A DNA stretch of 64,000 bases from Eledone cirrhosa (GCA_964016885.1 OZ024741.1:239320001-239384000), one strand, 5' to 3'; shown: positions 21,475 through 35,739, numbered from the stretch's first letter. A program made the numbers and translations. Notes: a model not told the origin generated them from the sequence alone.

Positions 21475-24204
21475 AATATAGAATAAGAAATCATTATTAT
21501 CATGTATAATAACATGTACTTACTGATATTAACAATTATAATATAGAACAAGTACTTACTAATATCATAAAATCAACAATAATAATACACCATATGTGTC
21601 TTTGTACATTTATTTATAAATATGCAATCTTTAACTCTTTAAAATTTACATTCATAATAATTTACACACATTTGAACGTGCATGCTGAACATTTATGTAA
21701 TAAATTATTAAAATATCATTATCTTTAAGCACTCCCATATGCCAGTAATCAACATAAACTATAGGATTTCTCTTATGCAAACCGTCCATTTATCAAAACA
21801 CAAATTTCCTAGTTTGTATTGTATGATTTTTCATATATCTGGTAATCCTGGGATATATGGGCACACCAATCCTGGACTCCAAAAATATCTTTCACACTAC
21901 TGTCATCATTACTGATGGCATGGGTCCACTAGTAAGAATTATATTATAGAATAAGAACTGACAAATATCTTAGATAACAATTATTATAGAGAATAAAAAA
22001 TACTTACCAATATCTTAGAATAATAATTCCAAATTATATTTCTCACTTAGATTGAAAATTAATTCCATACAAAACAAAAGAGAATTTTATAATGGATTAG
22101 TAGAAATGTAGAGATTAAAATAAAATATCTTAGATTGTTCAACATGACTCAAAAATGCAAACCTGCACTAAATTAATATGTATTTGTCACAAAAAGATGA
22201 CAAACCCCAAATCCCTCAATGGCCTCACAGCAGCTACAAATCCTAACATGAAAATATATATTGAATTAAAAACATGTTTTTGTAAAACCTTTGTTGTTTG
22301 TTTGTTTATTTATATCCTAGCAGCTATCTTAGTTGGAAGCAACATATTCTCTCAAAAGGTTTGCTAACATATTGACACAATGATAAGAAAACAATAAGAG
22401 GCTGTTCTAGTTTGCTTGAAGCATTGTGTAAAGTGTAAAAGATAGTGTATTGTTTGAAGGCTATCACAATGTGAAGTGGATGGTAAATGCTAAAAATGAT
22501 GTTGGGATGTTATTTTTCAGCTTTTTAGATGCTCATAAGAGCATCCATTTTGGGATAAAATTCCTTCATCAAAAAAATCAATTAGTTTGGAGCTGTATAT
22601 TTTTGTCACTTTTAAGCTGCCATTTTTTGAAATTATATTTTTCAAAAAATATATTTCGGTTGAGGGCAGTTCTTTAACAGAGTCTTTAGAGTGTCAGACA
22701 AATGCATAGCAATATTTTTCTGGCTCTTTACGTTCTGAGTCCAAATTATGATGAGGTCAATTTTGCCTTTCATCCTTCTGGGATCGATAAAATAAAGTAT
22801 CAGTCAAATTGCTGGGCTTGTGCCAATGTCAGAAATCAATATTGTGGTATTCATTTTAACAGTTCAGCTCTATCTCTGAGATGTTATATACAGATGTAAC
22901 TGACAAATTAACTGTGATAAACTATAATAATAATCTGAAATATTACAGAAGAAATAATATACTTTACAATTGGAGTGATAAGATGAGTTGAATAATTAAT
23001 GTATGACATTGGATTAAAATACCTAACAATTAATATAATTATTCAATATTTTGAACAATGAAAATAAACTAAGAGTCAAATGTAGGTTGTTAAGAGTACT
23101 TCATTGTTTTATGATCATTTCAGAGGGCTGATTGATCATGGTAAATTGAATGATTGAACACCAGGTAGTGGTTATGTCACCACCTATTTTTAGTGCCAAT
23201 ATTTGAGATCAATCACTCCATCTTCCTCATTGGTATTAAAATTAATTTGATAAACTAAATATTCAGGCGGGGTGGGGGGGGGGGGGGGGGGGGGGGCAAT
23301 TATTTATTTTTCTTCTTTTTAGTAAATTGAAAATGTAATATATTTGTTAAACAGAAATATATTCCAACTATTTCAAAACATTTGTTCTTTTAAAAAATCT
23401 TATAATTTAAAAAATGCTGTTCAAAGTCTTTGTAGAGAAAAAATCAGAATAAATATTCAGTAGAAATTATTTGTTATAGGTTTTACAATATATATATAAG
23501 TGAGAGAGAGAGAGAGAATGTAAATACACAAACACATATATATATATATATACATTTGTATTTCAATAACCAAATCAATACCTCAATATTTATGTGATTA
23601 CAAGAATATGAAATAACATTAAACGTATTGAGAGGAGATACTATGAAGATACACTTCATCACTAATGATTATTTTTATAACATACTGCCATTTTATGTAA
23701 AAATACAATTGTAGCTATACCAAAGACCTTAAAAATGTATCACTCTTAGAAGAAGAAAAAAAGGTATCATATTAAAATATTTTAATAAATAAAACTATAT
23801 AATTATTTTACACTATTAAGTTGTCCAAAAATCTCACAAATCTCAAATATAAATAGGCGAGATTTAAAACAACATGCAATCCAAACCTCCCACAGAATCA
23901 ACCATGCCATGACAAATTGTATTAAATGTATGGAAATTTCTTTAATATTTGGAAATGCTGAAACATAATTTGTCTTGCAATTATAATTTAATCCAGTTGA
24001 AATAGAATTATTGAAATTATAAACTGAAAAATCTCATAATAATGTTTCCTTTTCACCATTCCTAAGAAAAATGGTTCGTTGTTCTGTACAATTTTTCAAA
24101 GGAAAAAAATTTAAAAAAAACAAAAACAAAAATGTAAACAGATTTCTCATTTATAATATAGTTATAAGAAATATGAAGAATGTAACATAAATGAGACTAC
24201 TTAC

Positions 24205-24575
24205 ATTCATTGTGTAAAAGCCTTTGTTATAAACTGTGAGTTGGTCCCAATGTTCTGTTGTTAATGGTTGTCTGTCACTGCTGCTATGGTGTGACAATGG
24301 CTTCATGTTGATGGAATAGTGTTGGTAGTGAGTCAGTGGGAACCAGCAGTTCCTCTCAGTCTTCTGTGTATGTGTGATGCTTACTGCAATGTGTCTGTGT
24401 AAGTGCTATTTCCAACCTCAGTCAGGCGAGGTAAGGGTGGGTGATGCTTACTTCAGCCCCAGTCAGACTAGATGTGTTTCCTCTCAGTGTAAAGTGAGAG
24501 AAGACAATAATAGCTCCACTAATATTTTTACTTGATAAGACTATATAACACCAATATGTCTGATGTAGAGAGAAT
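24205..24575 (-). promoter_or_regulatory. Promoter + leader exon 1 of Pcdh-C (copy 4); uORF1 frameshifted and extended (24205-24306)
   Basis: Donor ATGAAT|GTAAGT (24199-24204); 2-nt deletion in uORF1; Inr-like site altered. Confidence 0.68.
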
Positions 24576-25164
24576 TCAGTTGAGACAGTCCATATTAAGA
24601 GAGGCTATATCAACAGAATATAGTCTACAATATCAGATATATTGCTATAAACTACATTTTAGCTACTTTGACCTACTTTTGAAATAACTCCCAATTAATA
24701 CAGAAGATATAGAAAAACGATAAAACATTTTTATGAATATTTCATCGAGTTATTTTTAACTAATTTTTTTAATATTCTCCACATTAAAAAAGGAGGAATT
24801 ACAGAAATATTTTCAATACATCTTTATTTACAAAATTTATGATTATCCATGATTATAATCAAATGTCTTAATGAGAAAACATAAACAGATATTTTATTTT
24901 TTTTTAACATCATATATATAAAAACACTTTAAAATTACAAGGATATTACTTTAACAGAGAGAGAAATTATAATTAAGGACTGTAGGTAATTTAAATTTAT
25001 AATACAGAATATTCAGTGTCAGTGTGTTGACGAAGGAAGCTAAAGTCTTGAAGAAAAGTCTGAAGGTGTGTTTGTGTGGTAAGCAGTTTGTGTTTGGTGG
25101 TGGTGTTTTTGTTATCTGAAGACAGTCTTTAAATGTTTCAGTTTTTTTTTACATTGATCAAGTG

Positions 25165-25289
25165 TCAGTTAATTATTATAACATTTGGTGTTGATGGCAA
25201 TTGTTTTTCTGGTGGTTTTACATACCTATCTTGGTTCTCTAGTAGATCACTGCTGGCTGATGTGTTATTAGACTGTATAGCATAGAGTC
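25165..25289 (-). CDS. Pcdh: Pcdh-D exon 4: GLYAIQSNNTSASSDLLENQDRYVKPPEKQLPSTPNVIIIN*
   Basis: TTTTGTAG acceptor, 125 nt to TGA. Confidence 0.85.
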
Positions 25290-25560
25290 CTACAAAATAG
25301 AGATTAGAAAAACATAGGATAATCTTTAATGTAACGTGTATATTTATGTATGAATCACATGTTTTTCCACAAAAGTATGGAAAAAAATGTGCATAAAACT
25401 TCACTAATCAATCTATTTATATATAAAAATATAACATACACAGTAAATGAATGGAAAACAGAAGTGTGACATATATGGTATCAAGTCTCTAATTGAGCTA
25501 CCTCTCCTGAAATAGATACAACATAACAGACATTATAATGATAAAATAGCCATTCTCTAC

Positions 25561-25696
25561 CTGATACAGCTGGTATTTCTTCATAATATGTACTTGACCT
25601 TTCACTCCAGCATTGATCACTACTCTTGAGACTGGTCACTGTGTCAGTGGGGTAGTTAGAAGATGATGCCACTGCTATTGGTTGACTATATTGCTG
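25561..25696 (-). CDS. Pcdh: Pcdh-D exon 3 (18-nt in-frame deletion; ...SLKSSDQCWSERSSTYYEEIPAVS)
   Basis: TAGCAG acceptor, G|GTAGAG donor, 136 nt. Confidence 0.85.
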
Positions 25697-25934
25697 CTAT
25701 GAAATAGATAATAAAATATGAAATACTAGATATCATGTCAACATTGCAATTCAAATTTAGCTGTAAAAACAATAAAACAAAATATAATGATTTAAAAAGT
25801 ATTAAAAAAATAACACTTTTGAAAGAAAAGAAATACAGCTGATATTTCTTTAAATAATAATAATTATTATTATTATTATCATTATAATTATTATCATTAT
25901 TATTATTATTATTATTATTTCTATACTTAATAAT

Positions 25935-25963
25935 TCTTTCTAGCTTTGGCAGGAGGCCAGTTA

Positions 25964-25994
<31 letters not shown>

Positions 25995-26410
25995 GTGTCG
26001 ATTATAATAACCTCAATACATAACTGGTACTCTATTTTTACCAACCTTGGAAGGATGAAAGACAAAGTTGATCTCAGCAAGATTTGAACTCTAAAATAGA
26101 AAGGGACTTAACTATATAATTGTTTCTACTTTAGGCACAAGGCCAGCAATTTTCCAGTTCATTACTGGTACTTTATTTTATCGACCGCGTAAGGATGAAA
26201 GGCAAAGTCAACCTCTGCGGGATTTGAACTAATGCAAGGCATTTTGTCAGGTGCACTACTGATTCTGCCATCCTACATTAGGCACATGAGTAGAAATATT
26301 AGAAGGGTAAAGTTGATTAAATTGACATCAGTATCTGACTGGTACTGTATTTCTTCAACCCTGGAAGGATGAAAAGCTTAGTTAACATGAGCAATACATA
26401 CTGGGTAATG
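25935..26410 (-). mobile_element. Nested/tandem family-1 SINE copies
   Basis: Repeated ctggtact..ttttat..aggatgaaa..caaagt..gatttgaact blocks. Confidence 0.65.
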
Positions 26411-26679
26411 TTTAAAAATTGCAACCTACTAATGGAAAACGTCTGGTGAACAAATATGTATCAAAGTATTAAATCCTACAGAATTAAAACAGTTGTAGTA
26501 ATCATGGAATTTCTGACAAATGAAGAGTTGATTCCTGTAAAACTCAAGTTTCAAAACTTCCATGAGATTAATAGAATGTATAGTACCAGAATACTACAAT
26601 GGCATTTAATCCAATGCACTACCAATTCTGCAAATCCACCACAATAATAATAACAATAACAACAATTATAAGAATAATA

Positions 26680-26810
26680 ATTGTTTCTACGTTTGGCACA
26701 AGACCACCAATTACCCAGTACATTACTGGTACTTTATTTTATCGATCCCGTAAGGATGAAAGGCAAAGTTGACCTCGGCGGGATTTGAACTCACAATGGA
26801 AAGGGTCGTA
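26680..26810 (-). mobile_element. 5'-truncated family-1 SINE
   Basis: Matches the body of the 16038-16220 copy. Confidence 0.75.
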
Positions 26811-26939
26811 CTGGTGATGTTATATTGGCTGAGAAACAACACTACTCTTTACAACTTTTGAAATTTCAATAATTCAATAAAGTTTCTCAGATAGTACAAC
26901 TGGCAGAAGCAGTAGAGCTCCAAACTAAATATCTGCTCA

Positions 26940-27275
26940 ACTCTGTATGTTGGGTAATGTAGTCTACAAAGTGGTGTACACAGATCTGAATACTGTGTAG
27001 TGTAGTATACAGCATGGTGTACACAACTCTATATATATGTAATGTACTTTACACAGTGGTATACTGTGTAATGTAGTCTACACAGTGGTAAACGCAACTC
27101 TGTTTCCCAGCGTAATGCAGGATACACAGCTCTATATGTTGTGTAATATACTACAGAGTGGTGTATACAACTCTATATACTGTGTAATGTAGTAAACACA
27201 GTGATGTACACAGCTCTGTATAGCATGTATCTGGTATACATAATGATGTAAAGAGCTCTGTATATTGAGTAATGC
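26940..27275. repeat. Degenerate ~40-bp minisatellite (GTGTAATGTAGTCTACACAGTGGTGTACACAACTCTATATACT)
   Basis: About 8 imperfect units. Confidence 0.65.
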
Positions 27276-27422
27276 GACTTTTCAAAATATTACAGTAATG
27301 TAGAACAGTTATAATTTGATAAATTCATTACAGCAATAAGTTTCAATGTTCAAATGAACTTATTAAAATTATTGAAAATTTAGATATGAGATCAAACAGT
27401 TGGAGTAGTTAAACTAACTTAC

Positions 27423-29833
27423 CATTATACATTTTGGTAAACTTCTGTTGATTGCTGATGTATTCCAGTCTTCAGGAGAGTAATGGCTTCTGAACAGACT
27501 ATATCTGTCTGATATCTCTCCTCGATTGCCTGACATCACAGATACACTGTTGTTACCTTGATAGATCAACTGTCTCATCTCATTACGACATTGGTATGCC
27601 TGTTTCTCTTCTGTTGTTCTAGCTGAGTTATTTCTTACATTGTTACATCTCACAATACACAATGTTATAGAAACCACAATAGCTATAGATACTATCACAG
27701 CTGCTACTACAATGATAATCAACAATGTTGCATCTATTGTGTTATCAGTTGGTACATGGACAGCTGTGAACATTGGTGATGTCTTGTTACTAACAGTCAG
27801 TGTTAAAGAGACACTAGTTGATGCTGACAGAACTGGAGTACCACTGTCTTTCACAACAAACTCCAGTTGATATAATCCAGCATCATTTTGGTAAACTGTA
27901 CGTGAGTAAGATAAGACACCAGTGAATGAGTCCAGTTTAAATAACTGTCTCTCATTACCTGAAAGGATTTCATACCTCAGAAGGGCATTTATGTGACTGT
28001 CTAGATCAGAGGCTTCCAGAAGTTTGATGTCATTCTTACTTTGTGGATGATAGTGGACATCAAGGGTGAAAGGGTCAACATTAGGAAATGTAAAATATGG
28101 AGCATTATCATTTTTATCTAATACTTCCACTTCAACATTCACTGTGTTATTTAGAGATGGTGTTCCATTGTCTTTGACAAAAACCTCAAAATCATAGAAA
28201 TCTCTGTGTTCTCTGTCTAAAGATTGGTTTGTTGAAATAAAGCCAGAGTTGATAATCTGGAATGGTAGACGATATTGGTGTTTATTTCTCAGGTAATAAC
28301 TTAATTCACCTCCCTTACCAACATCTGGGTCTGTAGCATTGATAAAACCAATAGGGAAATTAGCTTTGTCATTCTCATAGGTAAGGAACTTGAATGTATC
28401 TTTGGTAAAGTGTGGTTTTACATCATTCACATCTAACACTTGTATTGAGAGATCTTTATCAGTTTTGAGAGGAGGTAATCCTTTATCTTGACAGGAGACA
28501 GTAAAGTGATAATGTTCCTGTGTCTCTCTGTCTACTGCTTTCTTTAGAACTATTTTATATTCCTTAGATCCCATTGACTGTAGTTTGAATGTACCATGTT
28601 TGATATTACAGCTGACCTCTCCATTATGTCCAACATCATTGTCAGTGACCATCACATAAGCAATGAAACTAGCAACTTTGATATCTTCCAGAATGGTAGC
28701 AGTATTGTGATTATGTGTAGAAATAAAATTAACATCAATATTCGGAGACCTGTTGTGTTCGTTGATAACATTTACAATAAGAGTTGCTATGGAACTTAGA
28801 GGAGGAATGCCACTATCTCTGGCTTCTATGAATATTTTCAATGTATCTGTTTTAACTAAATTTGAATATCTAGACAATAAAATTTCTCCACTTGTTTCAT
28901 TTAAGGTAAAATACCTACTTGATATTTCAGATGTGATAGGACTAAAATAGTATGCTACATCACCATTGCTGCCAATATCAAAGTCATGAGCAGATAAAGT
29001 AACTATAGACACAAGTTTTGGATGTGTGCTGTTCACAGTAATTCTATAAGTTTTCTCGGAAAAGATAGGCAAATTGTCATTTTCGTCTGTGATAATTATT
29101 TCAACATTTAGAATTGCTTGTTTGGGGGGAGTTCCTCTATCTTCAGCAATAACCTCAATATTGTAGATAGCCTTAAATTCTCTGTCTAATTTCCTTTCCA
29201 AGTGGATATCTAGGTGAGAAGTTCCATCAGCTCTTTTAAAATCTTTCAAGATAAAGGGATAATTGTTTTTCTTCTTTAACTTGTATGTAATTAAGCGGTT
29301 TTGGCTCCCGACATCATAGTCCATTGCATTTGGAATTGATTTTCTTCTACTTTTGCCATCTGTTTCAGAAAACTGTATGGTTATTTCCTTAACAGGGAAT
29401 TTAGGTGAATGGTCATTGATGTCTTCTATTATGACTTTTATTTTTAGGATTTTTATGAATTGTTTTCCTTTGTGAGCAGCAACATTGATTGTTTCAACAC
29501 AGTCTTTATCAAGAATACAGAGGCTCTCAGCATCCAATGGATTAATAGTGAACATTTTTCCTGGCTTGGTGATATTAAATAGTTGTCTTCCTATCTGTTG
29601 TAGCTGAGTGAATCTAAGTAAATGTCTCTCGTTGTGTTCTAAACTGTCCCAGAGGCCAGAATCTTCAGCAATATCTCCAATGTATGGATTAGCATTGTTT
29701 TCTTCCTCCACAATATAGATAAGCTCTTCATTATAACAACAGCAAATGAAAGACAGGATGATACAGAAATATATTAACATTTTTAGCCAAGTGAGTGAAT
29801 GACTCAACACTCCAAAAAAGTAACTGTCTTCAT
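27423..29833 (-). CDS. Pcdh: Pcdh-D exon 2 (EC1-6, TM; Met at 29780)
   Basis: 798-aa cadherin ORF; acceptor TCTTTCAG ending at 29834; donor ATG|GTAAGT. Confidence 0.95.
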
Positions 29834-30269
29834 CTGAAAGATAAATGAAATAGTGGAAACAAAATTAATATAAACCAAAATTAATATAAACATTTTAAAA
29901 TTAAATCTAGAGTAAAATTTCATAGATTCTAGATAACAGAATTGACTGATGAGTTTAACGTATATCTATGAATAAACCAAGACTTAGATCCTATGGTGCA
30001 GGGAAAATATACTGTCACAAACAAGGCCTATACAAGAAATATGGGTTAAAGCACATTGGGACAAGGTTCGGGAATATTTGATGCCTCCCATCCTCAAAAA
30101 GCCTCAATCCCTTTGAAATTGAAGAGACTCTATCCCACCTTAAAAGATTTTTCTTGAAGGCCATGGTCATAAGGCATAAAGTCACATGAAAACTACATTT
30201 AACAGGAGTTGTAAAAAACAAAATAAAACTCCATAAGTAGGTATTCCTTGTATTATCATTTTATGTTTC

Positions 30270-30530
30270 CATACATGTGGTTTAGTGGTTAGGGTACTGG
30301 GCTCAAAATCGTAAGTTTGATTTCCAACACATTGTGTCCTTGAATAAAACACTTTATTTCACATTGCTTCACTCGACTCAACTGGCAAAAAGGAGTTGTA
30401 CCTGCAATTCTAAGGGTCAGCTTTGTGACATACTGTATCATGCTGAATCTTCCTGAGAACGGTGTTTACGCATACAAGTGTCTGTTGATTGCTCAGCCAC
30501 ATACATGTTAATTTCACGAGCAGACTTCTG
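30270..30530 (+). mobile_element. tRNA-derived CORE-like SINE (family 2)
   Basis: GTGGTTTAGTGGTTAG head and TTGTGTCCTTGA..AA.ACACTTTATTTCAC core; paralog of 34255-34555. Confidence 0.65.
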
Positions 30531-31070
30531 ATAATGAGTAATATAGTTTGAACAACAGAACTTGCTGATGTAGATTGGCTGAATCTTCTATACAATATTT
30601 GACTACCATTTTCAACTATCATCTGTGACACTTCAAATCCTGATATTTGACACTGCACACTGTCTATTTTACACATATCTAAAACATATACAACACCTTT
30701 TCCTCGTACAATAAAACTGTCTGTAGCATTTCTCAAAACTATTATCTCTTGCAATACATTTACAATTCGTAAAGAAAAGAATGACAGTCATGTTAAAATG
30801 ATGATATATCATGATCATTGTATTTTACGTCTGCTTTTACATGGTGACATGCGTCAAACATGATAGGACATTTTTTTAAGCAATACTCTACAATGGGATG
30901 CCTGTCCGCATTCAAACTTTTATTTGTTTTTAAAGTAAGGTACTGCTCTTCACTCAAATGCTGAACTGCAGGATAAAAACAAACATCACTTTCTGTCTAG
31001 ATAGTGTCAATGAGAAACAAAGACACAGGTGGAGACAAACTCTTGTGTGTGTGTCCACATATCTTTGCTT

Positions 31071-31101
<31 letters not shown>

Positions 31102-31619
31102 GATGGGCTTCCATATAGTTTTTGTCAACCAGTTTTACTCCTAAAGCATTGGTCAGTCAGAGGCTATAGTAGACGACACATGCCAACGGTGCTATAAAGG
31201 AGGATTGAGGCCAAAATTATGTGATTGTAAAGTGAACTTCTTAACCACACAGCCCACACATATTTACATTAGGATAATGATTTACACAGTAGTCATTAGG
31301 GTAATTAGAGATAGAACAGATCATCTGAATGTTAGTAAAATATTTGCAAGAATTTGTTCTTAATTAATGAATGGGGAAAATAAGACTCATCACTACCAAC
31401 ACCACCACATTTTTCACAATCTCACCATGCCATTCTCTATAATAGTCAAAACAAATAAGTGTCACTCTCAAAAATCAAGTAATAGTGGTTTAGTTTACAT
31501 AATGAGTGCAGGTATGACTGTGTGGTTAAGAGGTTCACATTATAACTGATTTCAAGTTCGATCCCATTCCATAACACTTTGAAGTGGCATCTACCATGGC
31601 CTCGAGTCGACCAAAGCCG

Positions 31620-32060
31620 TCATCATCATCATCATCATCGTTTAACGTCTATCTTCCACGCTAGCATGGGTTTAGATGGGAATTGTCCCACGTGAGGCAA
31701 GATTGGTCGGGTGACCGTGTCTCGCTTGTATAGGACTGTCTGGCAGGTTTTCTATGGCTGGATGCCCTTCCTAACACCAACCACGTTTACAGTGTGGACT
31801 GGGAGGTTTTTACCGTGTTACCTACAAGGCCACATTACAGCATGGACTGTGTTTTTTGCTGTGACACCTACACGATCTCATTTATTTTGGACTGGATGTT
31901 GTGGTACCAACATAACTTTACAGAGAAAGGGTGGTGTTGGTGGGAGTGATAGGGTGGAGTAGGGGTAGTGGGATGGGGTGTATATTTGGTTAAGAGGTGC
32001 CTACTGACTGTAGGTTTGGCTTTGTATTACTACGTAGCGCCAAAGATCTCGGTCCAGTGA
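31620..32060 (-). mobile_element. Retroposon with (GAT)n tail (family 3, RTE-associated SINE/LINE 3' end)
   Basis: (CAT)n then cgtttaacgtc..gctagcatggg..ggatgcccttcctaacaccaacc; reverse complement of 53175-53556. Confidence 0.65.
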
Positions 32061-32856
32061 CATTGTCTTAGAGAGGTTTAAGTGTGTAAGATCGGAATTT
32101 ATCAAATCGTCCCAGGTTGAATAGAAACCCATCCGATGACCGTTCCTGTTCTTTAGTGAAAAACTTCATGTCAACCACTTCAACACCACCTCATAGCCCT
32201 TGCGTGTCATTAGAGTAGTATACTCTATTGCAAGTATTCGAGTCAGATCTTTAGTCTGAAGATAAATCCCATCTATTCCCTCTCTTATTCGCACCAGTGA
32301 TTGAGGCCTTGAAAAAAAGACAAGGGCGCTGTTCTTTTTCTTCTGACCAAACGATTAAACAAATTTTATCCGTCTGTCATATAAACATCACTATAAAGCT
32401 ATGAAAATAACTATTAGAGTGATCTCCCTTAGACGGTGTGGTCACATGCTTCCGGTTACGAAAAGAAGAAAGAAAGTAAGGCAGCTCATATCTTGACAAT
32501 ATTTTATGTTATGTAACCAAAGTGGATTACTTGAATTTTCCCAGTTGATGGTGTTATACTTTGTTTATATAAAATTGATTGTCCGAAGGTATTTCCTAGA
32601 GCTGAGATCATCTCCCTGGCAGGAGTAATATGTGTTTGTTTTTTGTTCTTTTTCTTCTCGTTTTTGTTCTTTTTTATTCAAAGGCTTAATTAGAAAAAGG
32701 AAAGCAGTGCACACAGCCCTTTCCAGAGCCTCTGTGAGTAGGAGGGAGGAGAAAGAGAAGTTATACTCGATATGGAGACCTAGCCAGAATGCATGCAACC
32801 AGAAATCAGGTGATGGTGATAGAACAGGTATAGACTCCTTGTTTGTAATGAGGGAC

Positions 32857-33720
32857 TGACTATATACTCATCCGCTATACTGACACTATAGACTCATCTC
32901 TATACTGAGACTATAGACTCATCTCTATACTGAGACTATAGGCTCATCCTCTATACTGAGACTATAGGCTCATCCTCTATACTGAGACTATAGACTCATC
33001 CTCTATACTGAGACTATAGACTCAGCTCTATACTGAGACTATAGGCTCATCTCTATACTGACACTAGAGGCTCACCTCTATACTGAGACTATAGGCTCAC
33101 CTCTATACTGACACTAGAGGCTCATCTCTATACTGACACTATAGGCTCATCTCTATACTGACACTAGAGGCTCACATCTATACTGAGACTATAGGCTCAC
33201 CTCTATACTGACACTAGAGGCTCACCTCTATACTGACACTAGAGGCTCATCTCTATACCGACACTAGAGGCTCATCTCTATACCGACACTATAGGCTCAT
33301 CTCTATACCGAGACTATAGGCTCATCTCTATACTGACACTATAGGCTCATCTCTATACTGACACTATAGGCTCATCTCTATACTGACACTATAGGCTCAT
33401 CTCTATACTGACACTATAGGCTCATCTCTATACTGACACTATAGGTTCATCTCTATACTGACACTATAGGTTCATCTCTATACTGACACTATAGGTTCAT
33501 CTCTATACTGACACTATAGGTTCATCTCTATACTGACACTATAGGTTCATCTCTATACTGACACTATAGGCTCATCTCTATACTGACACTATAGGCTCAT
33601 CTCTATACTGACACTATAGGCTCATCTCTATAATGAGACTATAGGCTCATCTCTATACTGAGACTATAGGCTCATCCTCTATAGTGAAATTATAGGTTCA
33701 TCTCTATAATGAAACTATAC
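32857..33720. repeat. 25-bp minisatellite, ~34 units (GACACTATAGGCTCATCTCTATACT)
   Basis: Contiguous units with clustered variants (GAGACT, AGAGG, GGTTC, CACCT). Confidence 0.95.
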
Positions 33721-33820
33721 ATCCTCTACTATGAAGCTAACCTTCCTATAAGGGTTGAGCCTATAGTCTCATTAAGAGCAGGCCTATAGTCTCTCAGAGA
33801 GCTTATAATCCCTCATTATA

Positions 33821-34018
33821 CAAGGGTCAGCTGAAAAGTTCATAGGCTGACAAAGATACTCTCATGTAATGACTAAAAGAGATTTATTTTTCAACATAGT
33901 CCCTGGGAAGAAACAATGCTGTTATTAATTAGAAGAGTTGAAATTAATGCACACAAGATTTCACAAATTTAGTATTACTCCTTTAAAATCAGCCTATGAA
34001 CTTTTCAGCCCACCCTCG
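33821..34018. mobile_element. Tc1/mariner-type MITE
   Basis: TA at both sides; ~30-bp TIR CAAGGGTCAGCTGAAAAGTTCATAGGCTGA ... TCAGCCTATGAACTTTTCAGCCCACCCTCG. Confidence 0.85.
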
Positions 34019-34254
34019 TAGAGTGAGCTGATGGTTTCTCATAGAGAGTGAGCCATAGTACCTCGTTATAAAAAGTGAGCTTATCGACTCATTATAGAGG
34101 ATGAGTCTACAGTCTCACTCTAGAGTTTGTCTTAGTGTCACTATAAAGGATGAGTCTACAGACTCATTATAGAGAGTGTCTTCGCATCCCTATAAGAGAT
34201 GAGCTCATTGTCTCATTATAGAGGGTGTCTTAGCATCACTATAGAGATGAGCTT

Positions 34255-34555
34255 GTGAAGGCATGTGGTTTAGTGGTTAGGATATTCAGCTCACAATCAT
34301 AAGGTTGTGAGTTCAATTCCCAGCAGCGTGTTGTGTCCTTGAGCAAGGCACTTTATTTCACATTGTTCCAGTTCACTCAGCTGGCAATAGTGAGTTGTAC
34401 CTATAATTCAAAGGGCCAACCATGTTACATTCTGTATCACGCTGAATTTTCCTGTGAACTATGTTAGGAGTATGTGTGTCTACGTTAATTTCACAAGCAG
34501 GGTGTTCCGTTGATCATATCAATTGGAACACTTGACGTCATAACTGGTGGAGTGC
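34255..34555 (+). mobile_element. Full-length family-2 SINE
   Basis: A box, B box (GAGTTCAATTCCC), CORE-like segment, 12-bp TSD AGAGATGAGCTT (34243-34254 / 34556-34567). Confidence 0.85.
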
Positions 34556-34839
34556 AGAGATGAGCTTATAGTCTCTTATTATAGAGGGTGAGTGTATAGT
34601 GTTAATATAATGGGCGAGCGTGCAAGTAAACAGAGTGAGTCTCCTGTGATCTCCAGGACCAATGCGTATTGTAACTAGGGTCCAGCCAGTTTCACTTGTA
34701 CCCTCTGAAAAAGTGGCATATTATATAAATGAAGATATTCTTTTAACTGAAGATATGGCATTCTATGCAAATTCTATTTAGAGTTTACTCTCCTAAAGTT
34801 TGTGGCATTGTTTCAATGTAAAAATATCACATTGTCACT

Positions 34840-35048
34840 ATGGATCGGCAGAATCGGTAGAGCGTCAGACACTATGCTTTGCGGCATAGAGTTATGGCCC
34901 TTTATGCTCTTAGTTCAAATCCTGCCAAGGTTAGCTATTCCTTTCATTCTTACTGGGTCGGTAAAATAAAGTACCAGTCACGCACAGGGGTCAATTTAAT
35001 CGACTTTCCCCAAAATTGCTGGCCTTGTGCCTAAACGATTATTATTAT
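34840..35048 (+). mobile_element. Family-1 SINE
   Basis: GGATCGGCAGAATCGGTAGAGCGTCAGAC head, B box, central domain, (ATT)n tail. Confidence 0.78.
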
Positions 35049-35117
35049 TATGTAAATACTGTAGAGAAAGTTCATTCCCAACTGAAACCAGCTTACTTTA
35101 TGTGTGCTAATATGATC

Positions 35118-35325
35118 ACAACATAAACATTACTATAAACAAAACCATAAAAATAAACATTATCATAAATGTTACATAAACATTACATAAACACAACATA
35201 TAAACATAACCATAAACATTATTAGCATAAACATTGGCACAAACATAACCATAAAAATGACCTTAAACATTAGCATAAACATTGCCAGAAACATTCATAA
35301 AAATTATCATAAACGTAAGCATTAC
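35118..35325. repeat. ~12-bp low-complexity tandem repeat (CATAAACATTAC)
   Basis: Repeated cataaacat units. Confidence 0.7.
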
Positions 35326-35739
35326 CAAAGAATCTGTAGCTTGTGATTAAAAAAGACACTTATGTATTAGTCCAAAGAGAAGTGGCAGTGCTCATGTCTA
35401 TTATAAGCATTCCCAGAAATGTGTTTAATTTTAACATCTATAGATGTACTGCAGGGAAAACTTGGGGATGGAAGGAATTTCAAATAGTTGCACTTCTGGG
35501 GAAGATGATTGACTAAGTGTTTAGTTGAGGATTTGGGGGTTAGGCAGTAGGGGGTGACAAGAGAAGGAAGAAAAGAATGAGTGTGTCAAACAAGACAGGA
35601 TGGAGCTAATAATTATTCCAGAATCTGAAGGGCAAAAGTAGTAGATATGCCAAGTGTGGTTGGGTGGAATAATTATGCAAATAGCTTGTAGAGAGAGCAG
35701 AGGTTATTGAGGTAGCCTAGAAGGGAGAGAGAAAGAAAA

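Noticed and set aside
23268-23296. Long poly-G tracts (also 25974-25993, 39885-39898) as functional G-quadruplexes
   Set aside because: Not at conserved positions among paralogs; simple repeats whose lengths are unreliable.
29946-29985. Other CTGATGA words (29946, 9317) as hammerheads
   Set aside because: No correctly placed GAAA and stem III after the putative stem II.
32857-33720. CRISPR-like regular array
   Set aside because: Units are contiguous with no unique spacers, there are no cas genes and the context is eukaryotic; it is a minisatellite.
34255-34330. tRNA genes suggested by A/B boxes
   Set aside because: The boxes belong to SINE heads with TSDs and repeat bodies; no complete cloverleaf was seen.
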